This document shows, piece by piece, positions 9,874-22,857 of a DNA stretch of 64,000 nt (the first letter of the stretch is position 1; the number at the start of each line of letters is the position of its first letter). Source of the stretch: Mustelus asterias (Eukaryota); the NCBI RefSeq assembly GCF_964213995.1, contig NC_135813.1, positions 61,194,001-61,258,000 on the forward strand, in the 5' to 3' direction. The notes beneath the pieces were generated by a model, which was not told the origin of the DNA, made no database searches, and saw only the letters and a program-made list of their open reading frames with translations. Both the position numbers and the translations under genes were made by a program.

Positions 9874-11344
9874 ATGATTTTCTTGCTGCTTCTCATGGCC
9901 CTTGCCCTGCTAGATACGGAGGGGAAGTATAGATGGAATTGTGTAGACTTGAAGATAGAGCATCGCAAGCATCTCTGTAATGATGGCTCTGTCTATTGTA
10001 ACCTTCTGACACATGGAATAAGTCCCTGGGAGGTAACCCGTAGGGGCCGCTGCTTGGGATTTCTTAACCATGTCATGTTGCTAACTCTGTTGGAGGGGCG
10101 AGGTGATTGGGGTCTCCCATGCATGTAGTGTGTTGTAACTGGAATTTTTGGTGTTTAGCTGAGGGACCGGGATGGATCTGTACCCGGCAACAGCAGAGGG
10201 CTTGGGAGGATATGTACATCAACACGAGATTTGGTCGATCCAAGCAATCATTGTACCAATCCTCTAAAATCCGACTCGATCACATGAACACTTTCATGTA
10301 TATGTCTCACTTGTATGTATTGCAGCCAAAACTTTGAGCAAGTGTTGGGTCTGCTTACATATTCCCAACACGGAGGAAAGGGGGGAAAAGTCCTTTATTC
10401 CCTATCCCTTTGTCAACTCCGGGAATGGTAGAGGGGATATCGAATCAGAATGGAACCCACGATGGGACAAGGAAAGTGACATTTAAAAACGCCATCAGGC
10501 ATGTTGTGAAAAACCAACAAGGGGGGGATCCATCAGCTTGGTAAGAAACGGAACCATACCTGTGGGCCTCAGCTGCTGTACCCAGCAGGTTAATGTCACC
10601 AGTGGTGCCTGGGCTTTGGTGCAACAGATTACAATCCATTGCCCCACTGCTGATGTCCTGGTCAGCCTCTCCTCTACTTATATGAGCAGCATGACTGTAT
10701 ATGATGGTACCTGTTGTGTCTGTGGAAACAATGCCTACCCATGGCTTCCTTGGGATTGGGTAGGATCGTGTTAATTAGCATATGTAGTATCCTATATTCA
10801 CCATTAGTGAGACAGAATGGTTCTTTATGATAGCTTTCCCACTTTATGGGACAGCAAAAGCAGCTCAGGAACTTATACCTATGGCCTTGACCTTGGAGAG
10901 ATTTGCGAATGAAACTAGAGACAGGTTCGAGGAGGTGAGCACAGCCTTCTCTGAAGTATCAACTGAGGTTGTAGCTATCCGGACTGTTGCTTTATTGAAC
11001 CGATTAACACTTGATTATGTGCTGGCTTTCCAGGGAGGAACGTGCGCTATAATTGAATCGAATGCTGCATGTATATCCCAGATGTTTCAGAAAATATAAC
11101 TCGTTTGGCAGATCATATCAAACGAGTGATGATGACAATACAAGGTGAAGGGAGCCAATATCATAATTATAACCCTCCGGGATGGCTGGGGCAATGGTTC
11201 AGGTCGTGGGAATCATATCTGATGCACGGGTTAATTGTATTAATTTTCATTGTTATTGCTTGTTGTATTTATATGATATTATTGAATGAACAGCCCGAAT
11301 TATGCCGAGTGCAAGTGTACAGGCAGAAGGGGCAGTCTTCCTGA
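9874..11344 (+). pseudogene. env: Gamma-type retroviral env, frameshifted
   Basis: Signal peptide MIFLLLLMALALL; CWVC at 10343-10354; CGNNAYPWLPWDWVGSC; ISD-like LLNRLTLDYVL; CX6CC split by a frameshift near 11058; TM anchor LIVLIFIVIACCIY. Confidence 0.88.
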
Positions 11345-11425
11345 TGAAGGAGGTAGGCCCATATATATTGGTAACATTTGGCTCTGAGTTGGTCATGGGG
11401 CCATGTTTGCACTTGGCCTCTGACC

Positions 11426-11437
11426 AAAAGGGGAGAA
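11426..11437 (+). promoter_or_regulatory. Polypurine tract
   Basis: AAAAGGGGAGAA ending one nt before the 3' LTR. Confidence 0.85.
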
Positions 11438-11438
11438 T

Positions 11439-12220
11439 TGAAGAAGGGAAAGGGTTAATGTTTTTTTTGTACTCAATGTATTTTGTACCTAAAAGGTTGA
11501 ACTTTGTACCTGGAATGTATCACAAACATAACCCTTCCTTATGGGTAGTCTCCCCTTTGTTTATATTGCTCCTGGTAGTAGTATAAGCCATTTGTTCATG
11601 TCTTTCATCTTTTACTTTTAGTAGTATAAGCCATTTGTTCTTGGTTTCATCTTTTACTTTTGATATAAGCCATTTGTTCATGGTTCCCTCGCTTGTTTAT
11701 ATCATTCTGATAAAACAGACAGTTAAATGTAGATGTACGGTTGGAAGTCTTGCTTTTCCTGTAGGCTTGTGTATGATTTAAACAAAGGAAGCAGCTATCA
11801 AATGGTAGAGTGCGAGAATGGCCGTTTGAAGGAGGACTCCCGCTGGGACAGCTGCAATCGCACACAGTCACTTCAAAGGAAAAGCTGCGGGAAGAGCAGG
11901 GGACCAGAGGTGGCACCTTGACAACAACGACCAGGAGAATTGTGGTTTATGACCCAAGGATATCAGATAGTCTCTAACCATGATCCAGAGACTATCAGAA
12001 GATGTTAAAGGAACTATAATTTACGATCAAGGACTGTTAACTGGACTTTGTTTTATGGCTTGTATTGGGAACCTTGATGTATAAATATCCACGCTTCTTG
12101 TGTTCAGAGAGAACTTTGGCTTCCGCTTTCAAGGGGTCAAGTTCTCCCATAAGCTTGTGAGATAAAGCCTGACTGTATTTTGACTCATACCAGCCTCAAG
12201 AGGTATATTTACCGACTTCA
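11439..12220 (+). repeat. 3' LTR
   Basis: 782 bp; by eye about 11 substitutions and one 1-nt deletion relative to the 5' LTR. Confidence 0.95.
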
Positions 12221-13589
12221 CTGAGTAATGATATATCCTATTAAACGCTACATTGGCTAAAATGTCTTGTATAAATATTGAAATATATTGTGCCTGTGAT
12301 TGAGTTGCTCATTCATCTTAGTTTTGCGTGACCTCAGTGTGAAAACACGTAATGCATCCTCGTTGGAAAAATACAAAGAGTAATCAGAAGCCCAATAGAA
12401 TCACATGGGAAGCTGAGCTGTAAAAAAGCAAAAATCATAGAACATGCTGCACAAATTCCACATGTACCGTAGAATCGGTTAAGAATATCGAAAGAACATT
12501 TTTGGCAAGGTTTCGATATTTGATCAGCGGTTCAGGAAGGAATCATCCCTGAACCGATCAGCAGGTGTACAGGATAGAATCTGCGATCAGGAACTAAAGT
12601 TGTTTTTTAAGAGAAGGTGCAACGATTTGTATAATTAGGAGAATATGTGCCCAGACGCATCGTCAACCATGTCGGTGAGCGTGTGGCAGCAGAGATATTG
12701 TGTGTAAACAGCAACTATCTGAGCGAATTGTTTCAGCTGCTGCAGAAAGAGTTCTGTCCCCTGACAGAATTTCAAAAGAAACAGTAAAGTGATACCCAGC
12801 CAGCGGTGGCGCAAGTTTTGCTTGCTACAGATGAGGTAGATTGGAATAAGAATCTAGGAGTGAACGGGGTGGCAGAGGAAGGGCTATGTGTGACGTCATT
12901 GAGGTAGTGCCGAAGCATATCATTAACTAAAATGGTTTTGTGCAGAAAGCTGAAGTGGAGTAATAGGGGTCAACATGAGGCATGAACCATTAGACAGAGG
13001 CCACACGGAGTAACTAACAATCGACTGGACACATCGAGTGCAGCGAAATATTGGCAGACGAAAAAGTAATTAAAAACTCACGGGGCTGATACGTAGATAC
13101 TCATCGCTGCAGGCTTGTGTAAAGATTCTCATTAATGGGTGCTACCATTGATTTCATTCTGGGGTGCATGAGCCAGGTGCCCTAAGCTAGTAAGCAGCCT
13201 GGCAGAACGGGAGGACAAACAAAGAAAGAGCGTATATTAATCCTAAAAGCGGATTCACGTCAGTAAGAAGAATATGGGTTAAGTAGACAATCTCAGAGAC
13301 TGAAAGTTAAGGCAACCTTCTTTCAGTGCAATGATTTCTTTCAAATTTGTCTGCCAACTGCAGTCTGCAGAGCCTTGCACGGGCTCACTCCACCACTTTA
13401 GAGGGTGGCCATTGGAATCACAAAACCTTTGCAGGCTTTATATTAGTTAACGTTAGAACAGTGCATCAATGTTATCCCTGAATAGATATTTTTGCTCAAT
13501 TGCGAAATGCAAAGGAAAGGCAACGAAACAAAGTCGTATGTCCAATGTTCTCGTCACAGGCTTCCCCGCTTCTCCCATCCATATATGCT

Positions 13590-14293
13590 TGTTATCTTGA
13601 GCACATCCAAAACTTTACCCACTCCCAACTCGTAGCACTTCCAGGACATTCGTCAGAGGAACATAGGGCAGAAGGAAGCGAGAAAGTATGGATCAGTATT
13701 TCCGAACATCTACCATTGGGAAAATGCTGGAATATATTATTCGGTAAATACTGGGAGGAGGCTTATAAGGTAACAATACAATCAAGTGGAGTCAACATAT
13801 TTGTATGAAATGTAAATCGTATCTGACAAATTTATTCGCCTTCTTTGAGGACTTCACAGGTAGGATGATTAAAGGAAAGCCAGTAGTTTATTCGGATTTC
13901 CAAAAGGCATTCGATAAAGTGCCACGTAAAAGTGTGTTACAGAACATGTTGATGGTGGATGTACTAAAGCAGCTCAGACAGACGATTAGTCAACTAATAC
14001 CTAAAATAATGTCTCGAAAGTGAGTCATGGCTGAGTTGGCAAAGTCATTCGTGATTACCAATGATGTGGCGTCAACTATCGACAATCTATATGAAAGGCG
14101 GATGATAAGACTGTAAGTATTATAACACTTTGGCCATGATACAGAGGTAGGCAAGAAAGCAAGTTTTGAGGAGGGTAAAAAGAGGTTGAAAGGGGATTAT
14201 AAATAGAATAACCGAAAGGGCAAATTTTACAGATTGAGTATAATATGCGAAAATGTGATGTTGTCCACGATGGCGGGAGAAATAGAAAAACGG
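13590..14293 (+). mobile_element. Ancient decayed CR1, 5' part (continues at about 17345-18090); shared with cluster 2
   Basis: CKSYLTNLFAFFED and DFQKAFDKVP remnants; homologous uninterrupted copy at about 41690-42545. Confidence 0.75.
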
Positions 14294-17200
14294 AATAGAA
14301 CATAGAACAGTACAGCACAGAACAGGCCCTTCGGCCCACGATGTTGTGCCGAGCTTTATCTGAAACCAAGATCAAGCTATCCCACTCACTATCATCCTGG
14401 TGTGCTCCATGTGCCTATCCAATAACCGCTTAAATGTTCCTAAAGTGTCTGACTCCACTATCACTGCAGGCAGTCCATTCCACACCCCAACCACTCTCTG
14501 CGTAAAGAACCTACCTCTGATATCCTTCCTGTATCTCCCACCACGAACCCTATAGTTATGCCCCCTTGTAATAGCTCCATCCACCCGAGGAAATAGTCTT
14601 TGAACGTTCACTCTATCTATCCCCTTCATCATTTTATAAACCTCTATTAAGTCTCCCCTCAGCCTCCTCCGCTCCAGAGAGAACAGCCCTCGCTCCCTCA
14701 ACCTTTCCTCATAAGACCTACCCTCCAAACCAGGCAGCATCCTGGTAAATCTCCTTTGCACTCTTTCCAGCGCTTCCACATCCTTCTTACAATGAGGTGA
14801 CCAGAACTGCACACAATATTCCAAATGTGGTCTCATCAAGGTCCTGTACAGTTGCAGCATAACCCCACGGCTCTTAAACTCCAACCCCCTGTTAATAAAA
14901 GCTAACACACGATAGGCCTTCTTCACAGCTCTATCCACTTGAGTGGCAACCTTTAGAGATCTGTGGATATGAACCCCAAGATCTCTCTGTTCCTCCACAG
15001 TCTTCAGAACCCTACCTCTGACCCTGTAATCCACATTTAAATTAGTCCTACCAAAATGAATCACCTCACATTTATCAGGGTTAAACTCCATTTGCCATTT
15101 TTCAGCCCAGCTTTGCATCCTATCTATGTCTCTTTGCAGCCTACAACAGCCCTCCACCTCATCCACTATCCACCAATCTTGGTGTCATCAGCAAATTTAC
15201 TGATCCACCCTTCAGCCCCCTCCTCTAAGTCATTAATAAAAATCACAAGGAGCAGAGGACCAAGCACTGATCCCTGCGGCACTCCGCTAGCAACCTGCCT
15301 CCAATCCGAAAATTTTCCATCCACCACCACCCTCTGTCTTCGATCAGACAGCCAGTTACCTATCCAATAGGCCAACTTTCCCTCTATCCCACACCTCCTC
15401 ACTTTCATCATAAGCCAACCATGGGGGACCTTATCAAATGCCTTACTAAAATCCATGTATATGACATCAACTGCCCTACCTTCATCAACACACTTAGTTA
15501 CCTCCTCAAAAAATTCTATCAAATTTGTGAGGCATGACTTGCCCTTCACGAGTCCGTGCTGACTATCCCGGATTAATCCGCATCTTTCTAAATGGTCGTA
15601 AATCCCATCTCTAAGGACTTTTTCCATCAATTTACCAACCACCGAAGTAAGACTAACCGGTCTATAATTACCAGGGTCATTTCTATTCCCTTTCTTAAAC
15701 AGAGGAACAACATTCGCCATTCTCCAGTCTTCTGGCACCATCCCCGTGGACAGTACTGCGTCCAGTTCTGGTCGCCGCACTACCAGAAGGACGTGGAGGC
15801 ATTGGAGAGAGTGCAGAGAAGGTTTACCAGGATGTTGCCTGGTATGGAGGGTCTTAGCTATGAGGAGAGATTGGGTAGACTGGGGTTGATCTCCTTGGAA
15901 AGACGGAGAATGAGGGGAGATCTAATAGAGGTATACAAGATTATGAAGGGTATAGATAGGGTGAACAGTGGGAAGCTTTTTCCCAGGTCGGAGGTGACGA
16001 TCACGAGGGGTCACGGGCTCAAGCTGAGAGGGGCGAAGTATAACTCAGACATCAGAGGGACGTTTTTTACACAGAGGGTGGTGGGGGCCTGGAATGCGCT
16101 GCCAAGTAGGGTGGTGGAGGCGGGCACGCTGACATCGTTTAAGACTTACCTGGATAGTCACATGAGCAGCCTGGGAATGGAGGGATACAAACGATTGGTC
16201 TAGTTGGACCAAGGAACGGCACAGGCTTGGAGGGTCGAAGGGCCTGTTTCCTGTGCTGTACTGTTCTTTGTTCTTTGTTCTTTGACAGCGAGGACCCAAA
16301 GATCAAAGCCAAAGGCTCTGCAATCTCATCCCTTGCCTCCCAAAGAATCCTAGGATACATTTCATCAGGCCCAGGGGACTTATCGACCTTCAGTTTATTC
16401 AAAACTGCCAGGACATCCTCCCTCCGAACATCTATTTCCTCCAGCCTATTGGCCTGTAACACCTTCTCTTCCTCAAAAACATGGCCCCTTTCCTTGGTGA
16501 ACACTGAAGAAAAGTATTCATTCATCGCCTCGCCTATCTCTACTGACTCCATACACAAGTTCCCACTACTGTCCTTGACCGGCCCTAACCTCACCCTGGT
16601 CATTCTTTTATTCCTCACATAAGAGTAAAAAGCCTTGGGGTTTTCCTTGATCCGACCCGCCAAGTGCTTCTCGTGTCCCCTCCTAGCTCTCCTGAGCCCC
16701 TTTTTCAGTTCATTCCTTGCTAACTTGTAACCCTCAATCGAGCCATCTGAACCTTGTTTCCTCATCCCTACATAAGCTTCCCTCTTCCTTTTCACAAGAC
16801 ATTCCACGTCTTTCGTGAACCATGGTTCCCTCACTCGGCCATTTCCTCCCTGCCTGACAGGGACATACCTATCAAGGTATTCCAGTATTTGTTCCTTGAA
16901 AAAGTTCCACTTTTCATTAGTTCCTTTCTCTGACAGTTTCTGTTCCCAACTTATGCCCCCTAATTCTTGCCTAATCGCATCATAATTACCTCTCCCCCAA
17001 TTGTGAACCTTGCCCTGCCGTACGGCCCTATCCCTCTCCATTGCAATAACAAAAGACACCGAATTGTGGTCACTATCTCCAAAGTGCTCTCCCACAACCA
17101 AATCTAACACTTGGCCCGGTTCATTTCCCAGTACCAAATCCAATGTGGCCTCACCTCTTGTCGGCCTATCCACATATTGTGTCAGGAAACTCTCCTGCAC

Positions 17201-17340
17201 ACACTGCACAAAAACTGCCCTATCCGAACTATTTGACCTACAAAGGTTCCAATCAATATTTGGAAAGTTAAAGTCCCCCATGACAACTACCCTGTGACCC
17301 CCACACATATCCATAATCTGCTTAGCAATTTCTTCCTCCA
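14294..17340 (-). mobile_element. CR1 LINE (late endonuclease plus RT), interrupted by a younger CR1
   Basis: ORFs 16139-17314 (GDFNFP, SDH endonuclease motifs), 15166-15780 and 14372-15166; (catagaa)n tail. Confidence 0.93.
15754..16283 (+). mobile_element. CR1 3' fragment nested in opposite orientation
   Basis: [10 protein letters not shown]... C-terminus; (ttctttg)n tail; GACAG duplication at 15749-15753 and 16284-16288. Confidence 0.9.
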
Positions 17341-17344
17341 GCCT

Positions 17345-18090
17345 CCAGAATATTACTTAAATAGAAAGAGACTGCAGGATTCTGCATTGCAGAGATTTGG
17401 GTGTCCTCCTTCATGAATCACAATAAGTTAGTATGCAAGTGCAATTAGTAATTCGGAAGACAAATAGAACGTTCGAATTTAATGGACTGGGTGAAATATA
17501 AACGTAAGTCTTAATATTGATCATAATGTTGATGGTTCCGCACCGAGAGCATTTCGCACAGTTTTGGCCTTTTTTATTTAAGGAGCAATATTGTCGCATT
17601 GGGGCAGTTCAGCGAATGTTACCAGGTTAATATCAGAGATGGTGCGATTGTGTTATGAGGAAAGGTTCAGATGCTTAGGACGTTAATCATTGGTGTTCAG
17701 AAAAATTAGAGATGATCTGATTAGAACATATAAGATTCTGAGGAAGCTTGGCAGGTTAGATGCTGAGAGCACGTTTCGCGTCTTTCACAGTTTAGAGCTA
17801 GTAGTAGTCTCAAAATTAGGTATCTCCCATTTAAAACAGAGACGAGGAAGAATTTACCGTCTCAGAGAATGATTAAACTTTGAATCCTCTGTTCCATGGA
17901 AAAATTGAGTCAACATCATTGAATAAATTCAAAGCAGATTTTTGTTCTACAAGTGAATCAATACTTAAAGGAGACAGGCAGGAAAATAAAGTTAAGGCGA
18001 TACAATCAACCATGATCTGGTTGAATGTCGGAGCAGGTTCAAGTGTCAAACTGTCTACTCCCGCGGCTACTTCTTATTTTGTATGTTAGT
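17345..18090 (+). mobile_element. Ancient decayed CR1, 3' part
   Basis: Degenerate C-terminus (RDDLIRTYKIL) and 3' UTR/tail; continues the 13590-14293 piece. Confidence 0.7.
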
Positions 18091-18442
18091 AGGGCACTTT
18101 CCTCCTTCAGTCAATTAGATCATGGCTCATCCGAATCTGAATACAATTGCCCACATTAACCTTACTAACCAGGCCAAAAAAAATCCACCAATATCCTATA
18201 AATAAATTGACGTATCTTCATTGACATTTTAGGTGGTGTGTTCCGCATTTTTACTTCGCTTTGTGCCACCAAGTGTTTTAGAACATCGCTCATGAATGAC
18301 CAAGAGTTAATTGAAAAAGGTGTGCTTCTTCGAAATTCTTAATCTCATTTTAAGCACCTTAATTAGGGCAACCCGTAATATTACACGTTCATGTGAACAC
18401 AAATGCATACAGCAAGTGCTAATTATATAACATTGGTAAACA

Positions 18443-21400
18443 AGAAGACAAGAAACAGAAGCAGGCCGCCAGGCCCGCCAGGCCCGTCCCGCCATTCAAT
18501 ACGATCATTGCTGATTCATGCCGGCCTCAACTTCTTTTCTGTGCCATTTCCCCACAGCCCTCTGTTCCTCAATCTATCAAATATTTATCCACCTCCACTT
18601 TACATGCTTCTAATGGCCCAGCCTCCACTACCTTTGGGACAGAGAATTCAAGAGATTCGCCACCTTGTGCGGGAAGAAATTTCTACGTACCTCAGTTTTA
18701 AATGACCGGCCGTTTATCTTGTAGCTATGTCTCCTTGTTGGAGACTTACCCACCAGTGAAAACATCTTACCATTTACCCTGTCAAGCCCCCTCCGGATCT
18801 TATATGTATGAATAAGCTCACCCCTCACTCATTTAAACTCCGAAGAATACAGACCCAGACTATTACGCCTCTCTTGAGAGGGCAACCCTCTCATTCTAAA
18901 ACTCTCCTTTGGACTGCCTCCAATATTACTATATCCTTTCTAAGGTAATGGGACCAAAACTGTATGCAGTATTCATGGAGCAACACATCCTCCATACTTT
19001 TAAAGTCTAAGCCCTTTGGAATTAAAGCTAAAATGTTGTTTGCCTTCTTAACTGCATATTGGACCTGCCTGCTAGCATTTTGTGATTCATGCATAAGAAC
19101 ACGTTGATCCCTCTGCACTTCATAAACCTGCAGTCTCTCTCCACTTGACTCACCTGATGAAGGAGCAGTGCTCCGAAAACGTATGATTCCAAATAAAGCT
19201 GTTAGACTTTAACCTGGTGTTGCGAGACCTCTTACTGTGCTCTGTCTATTTAAATCATACTCTACCTTTTGTTTCCTCCTACCAAAATGCATGACCTCAC
19301 ATTTCCCCACATTACAGTCCATTTGCCAGGGTTTCACCCAGTCACCCAATCCATCTATATCCTGTTGCAGAATCACAATGTCCTCATCACAACCTGCCCT
19401 TCCATCTATCTTTGTATAATCGGCAAACTTGGAAACCTTACATTCTGTTCCTTCCTCCAGCTAATTAATATAAATAGTGAACAATTGTGGACCAAAACCT
19501 GATCCCCGTTGTACTCTACTATTTACATTTTTCCATTCTGAAAAATGAGCCATTTATTTCAACTCTGTTTTCTATCTTAAAACCAGTTTTCAATCCATGC
19601 CAAGGCATTTCCACCAATTCCATGGACTTTTACTTCATGCTCCAGCCTCTTTGGTGGCACTTTGTCAAATGCCTTTTGGAAACCTAAATACATTTACAGG
19701 TTCCCCTCTATCTATTCTTCCTGCTACAACCTCAAAGAGTTCGAGCAAATTTGTCTAACATGGCTTACCTTTCATAAAACCAAGTTGGTTTGGTTTGATT
19801 GCATTCAGTTTTCCTAAATAGCTAGATATTTCATCATTGATTATTGACACCTTGTCAATTATCTTGCCAATAATAGATGTTAAACTAATTGGCCTATAGT
19901 CCTCGTCTCCTGATTTTTTTCCCATTTTGAACAAGGGCATCACATTGGCTCTTTTCCAATCTTCTGGTACACACCCGGAATTTAGCGAGTTATAAAACAT
20001 TTCAACCAATGCGTCCACTACCTCTGCGGCCACTCCATTAAAACCCTAGCATGTTGTTCATCGGGTCCTGGCGGCTTGTCTGCCATTAGCCACTTGTGTT
20101 TCTCTAATACTGTAGCCCTTCTGATTGGGATTTTTGTAAGTTCTACTATGTTACTTGAAATCAACCCTTCGGATAACTTTGGGATATTTGCAATGTCTTC
20201 CATGAAGTAGACTGATGCAAAAATATATTTAACATGTCCGCCAATTCTTTGTTTGCTGTTATAAGTTCACCCACCTCATTCAGTCAAGGTCCCACATTTA
20301 CCATAGTCACTTGCTTGATATTTATATATCTATTTACATATCCAAACTTTTACTGTTCATTCTAATACTGCATGCAAGTTTTCGCTTAAAGTGTATTTTC
20401 TCACATCCTATGCGCTTTTGCTGCTGGACCCTAAACGCTTCCCAATCCTCTGGGCTACCACTATACTTTGCCACCTTGTTTACCCTGTTTGCCTCCTTCT
20501 CATGGAATCCCTTTTTGATTGGAATAAACTCCTGCATAGCATTTTGGACAGATATTTGAATACAAACCACAGCTCATATGCTGACCTGTATCGTGGCTTG
20601 TTTACCCTGTTCACATTAGACAGCTCCTCCCTCATACCATTATAATTGCCCTTCTTTAAGTTGAAGGCATTGTTTGTGGACCTATGGCGTTCACCCTCAA
20701 ACTGAATCTGGAATTCCAACATATTATGGTCAATACCCCTAGGAGATCCTTTACCGCAAGATCCTTCCTAATCATTCTTCATTGCACAAAACCAAATCTA
20801 AAATAGCCCGTTCCTGGGTAGCTTCCACAATATACTGCTCTAAACAGCAAGCCCTAATGCACTCCACAAATTCTTCTTCTGTACTCCTTTGCCGTTTGCT
20901 TTGTCCAGTCAATGAGCAGATTAAAATACCCTTGATCATTGCAGTTGCCTTCGAACATGCCCATGATGTTTTCCCGTTTATGCTCTGGCCTCTTGAGATG
21001 TCACATTTTGGGGGCCTATAGACTATTCCAACCCTTGTCTTCCTTCCCCTGCTGTTCGTGATTTCAACTCAAACCGAATGTACGTCACTATCCACTGCCT
21101 CTATGTGACGACTCAGCACTGCTCTGAAACCTTCCTTGATTAACAACGTTATCCCACCTCCTTTCCTATCTAGCCTGTTCTGTTGGAACATTTTATACTC
21201 TGGAATATTGAGCACCCAGTCCGGCTCACCCTGCAACCCCGTTTCTGGAGTAGCTAAAACACATCATACTATGTTGCAATCTTTCCTATCAACTCAGCAA
21301 TCTTGTTACAAATGCTTTATGCACTTAGATAAAGTACATTTAGCTTTGATTTGCTACAATAGTTTACAAGTTTGAGATTTCCTCTCTGTTGCATATATTT
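18443..21400 (-). mobile_element. Old fragmented CR1 LINE
   Basis: Multiple short minus-strand ORFs with CR1 motifs (PEDWKRANV, EYCIQFWS, RGELIHTYKI); 5' boundary approximate. Confidence 0.8.
19146..19242 (+). mobile_element. Penelope-like pLTR fragment with a degenerate hammerhead ribozyme core
   Basis: CTGATGA-aGGAGC-agt-GCTCC-GAAA at 19154-19178, followed by the same pLTR sequence as the 8563 and 50051 copies. Confidence 0.75.
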
Positions 21401-21774
21401 GTTTCATTTCGTTCCCCGACCTGTCACACTGTGTGAGTCAAGTTTCCCCTCACTATCCCGTGCCACTGCTCTCTCAAGTACCCATGAAATTTAAACCTTC
21501 TATTCTTAGAACCTTTGCTCCCTGCTCCTAGTTAGGAAATCTTGTCCGAGTCCTCGCTGTAATATAATATCCATAGTATCTGTCCCTACTTGTAGTTGTC
21601 TCTTGACACTCAGAATGATCACTAGCCTACACTCCTACCTTTAACTTTGCCTTCCCAATTTTCCAAGCAATTGAAACCCCAACTCTACTCTTTAATTTAA
21701 AGCCCTCTGTACTTTCCTAGTAATAGGAATCATTATTGTGATTTTTCTTTCAGCAGGGGACAGTGTCTCCTGAA

Positions 21775-22672
21775 AAACATAGAAGATTGAAGCAGGAGGA
21801 GGCCATTTGGCCCTTTGAGCCTGCTCCAACATTCATCACGATCATGGCCGATCGTCCAACTCAGTAGCCTAATCCTGCTTTCTCCCTATAACCTTTGATC
21901 CTATTTGCCCCAAGTGCTATAACCAGCGGCCTCTTGAATACATTTAATGTTTTGGCATCAACGACTTCCTGTGGTAATGAATTCCAGAGGCTCGCCACTC
22001 TTTAGGTGAAGAAATGTCTCCTCATCGCCGCCCTAAATGATCTACCCCGAATTCTCAGACTGTGACCCCTGGTTCTGGACTCCCCCACCATCGGGAGCAT
22101 CCTGTCTGCATCTACCCTCTCTCGTCCTGTTAGAATTTTATAAGCCTCACTGAGATCCACCTCATTCGTCTGAACTCCAGCGAAAACAATCCTAACCTAT
22201 CATAGAAACCCTACAGTGCAGAAGGAGGCCATTCGGCCCATCGAGTCTGCACCGACCACAATCCCACCCAGGCCCTACCCCCACATATTTACCCGCTAGT
22301 CCCGCTAATCTACGCATCTCAGGACTCTAAGGGGCAATTTTAACCTGGCCAATCAACCTAACCCGCACATCTTTGGACTGTGGGAGGAAACCGGAGCACC
22401 CGGAGGAAACCCACGCAGACACGAGGAGAATGTGCAAACTCCACACAGACAGTGACCCGAGCCGGGAATCAAACCCGGGACCCTGGAGCTGTGAAGCAGC
22501 AGTGCTAACCACTGTGCTACCGTGCCCCCATCAATCCCTCCTCATACATCAGTCCTACCATCCCCGAATCATCCTGGTAAACCTCCGCCAGCTCTCTCCA
22601 GAGCAAGAATATCCTTCCTCAGAAAAGGAGACCGAAACTCCACACAATATTCTAGGTGTGGCCTAACCAAGG
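21775..22672 (-). mobile_element. CR1 3' fragment hosting a SINE
   Basis: CR1 3' UTR and tail; similar to 47300-47880. Confidence 0.8.
22199..22529 (-). mobile_element. HE1-like tRNA-derived V-SINE
   Basis: tRNA head with B-box GGTTTGATTCC, V-domain (GGGTTTCCTCCGGGTGCTCCGGTTTCCTCCCAC), CR1-like 3' tail. Confidence 0.9.
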
Positions 22673-22857
22673 CCAGAAGACTCAATGCCCATCTATGGTC
22701 CACCTCTTAAATATTCCTCACTCCCTCAGTATACCTTCAGTCATGTCCTTCCGCCCCCATCCTTCACATGTTCCCCAAACGCCAATCCAAGTACTAATCC
22801 AAGGCCCTTACTCTTATGTCTCGAAGTACTGGAGAGGTGTCACCTTCCGACTGCATC

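Larger units (their letters stand above)
5425..12220 (+). mobile_element. Endogenous retrovirus provirus, non-autonomous (LTR-PBS-gag-AT-rich spacer-IN remnant-env-PPT-LTR)
   Basis: Two LTRs of about 783 bp with TGAAG...CTTCA ends; CTGAG TSD (5420-5424, 12221-12225); PBS, PPT and gag, IN and env motifs; empty site CTGAG at 40347-40351 in cluster 2. Confidence 0.95.

Noticed and set aside
12600-13300. Conserved 3' block (TGTTTCAGCTGCTGCAGAAAGA, also near 40851) as a 3' enhancer with an E-box
   Set aside because: It lies directly 5' of the shared ancient CR1 ORF2 and resembles degraded ORF1; two-way identity is explained by the duplication alone
22327-22666. Recurrent short ORFs MVSTAASQLQG... 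and MDCGRKPEHP...
   Set aside because: Spurious translations of both strands of HE1-like SINEs
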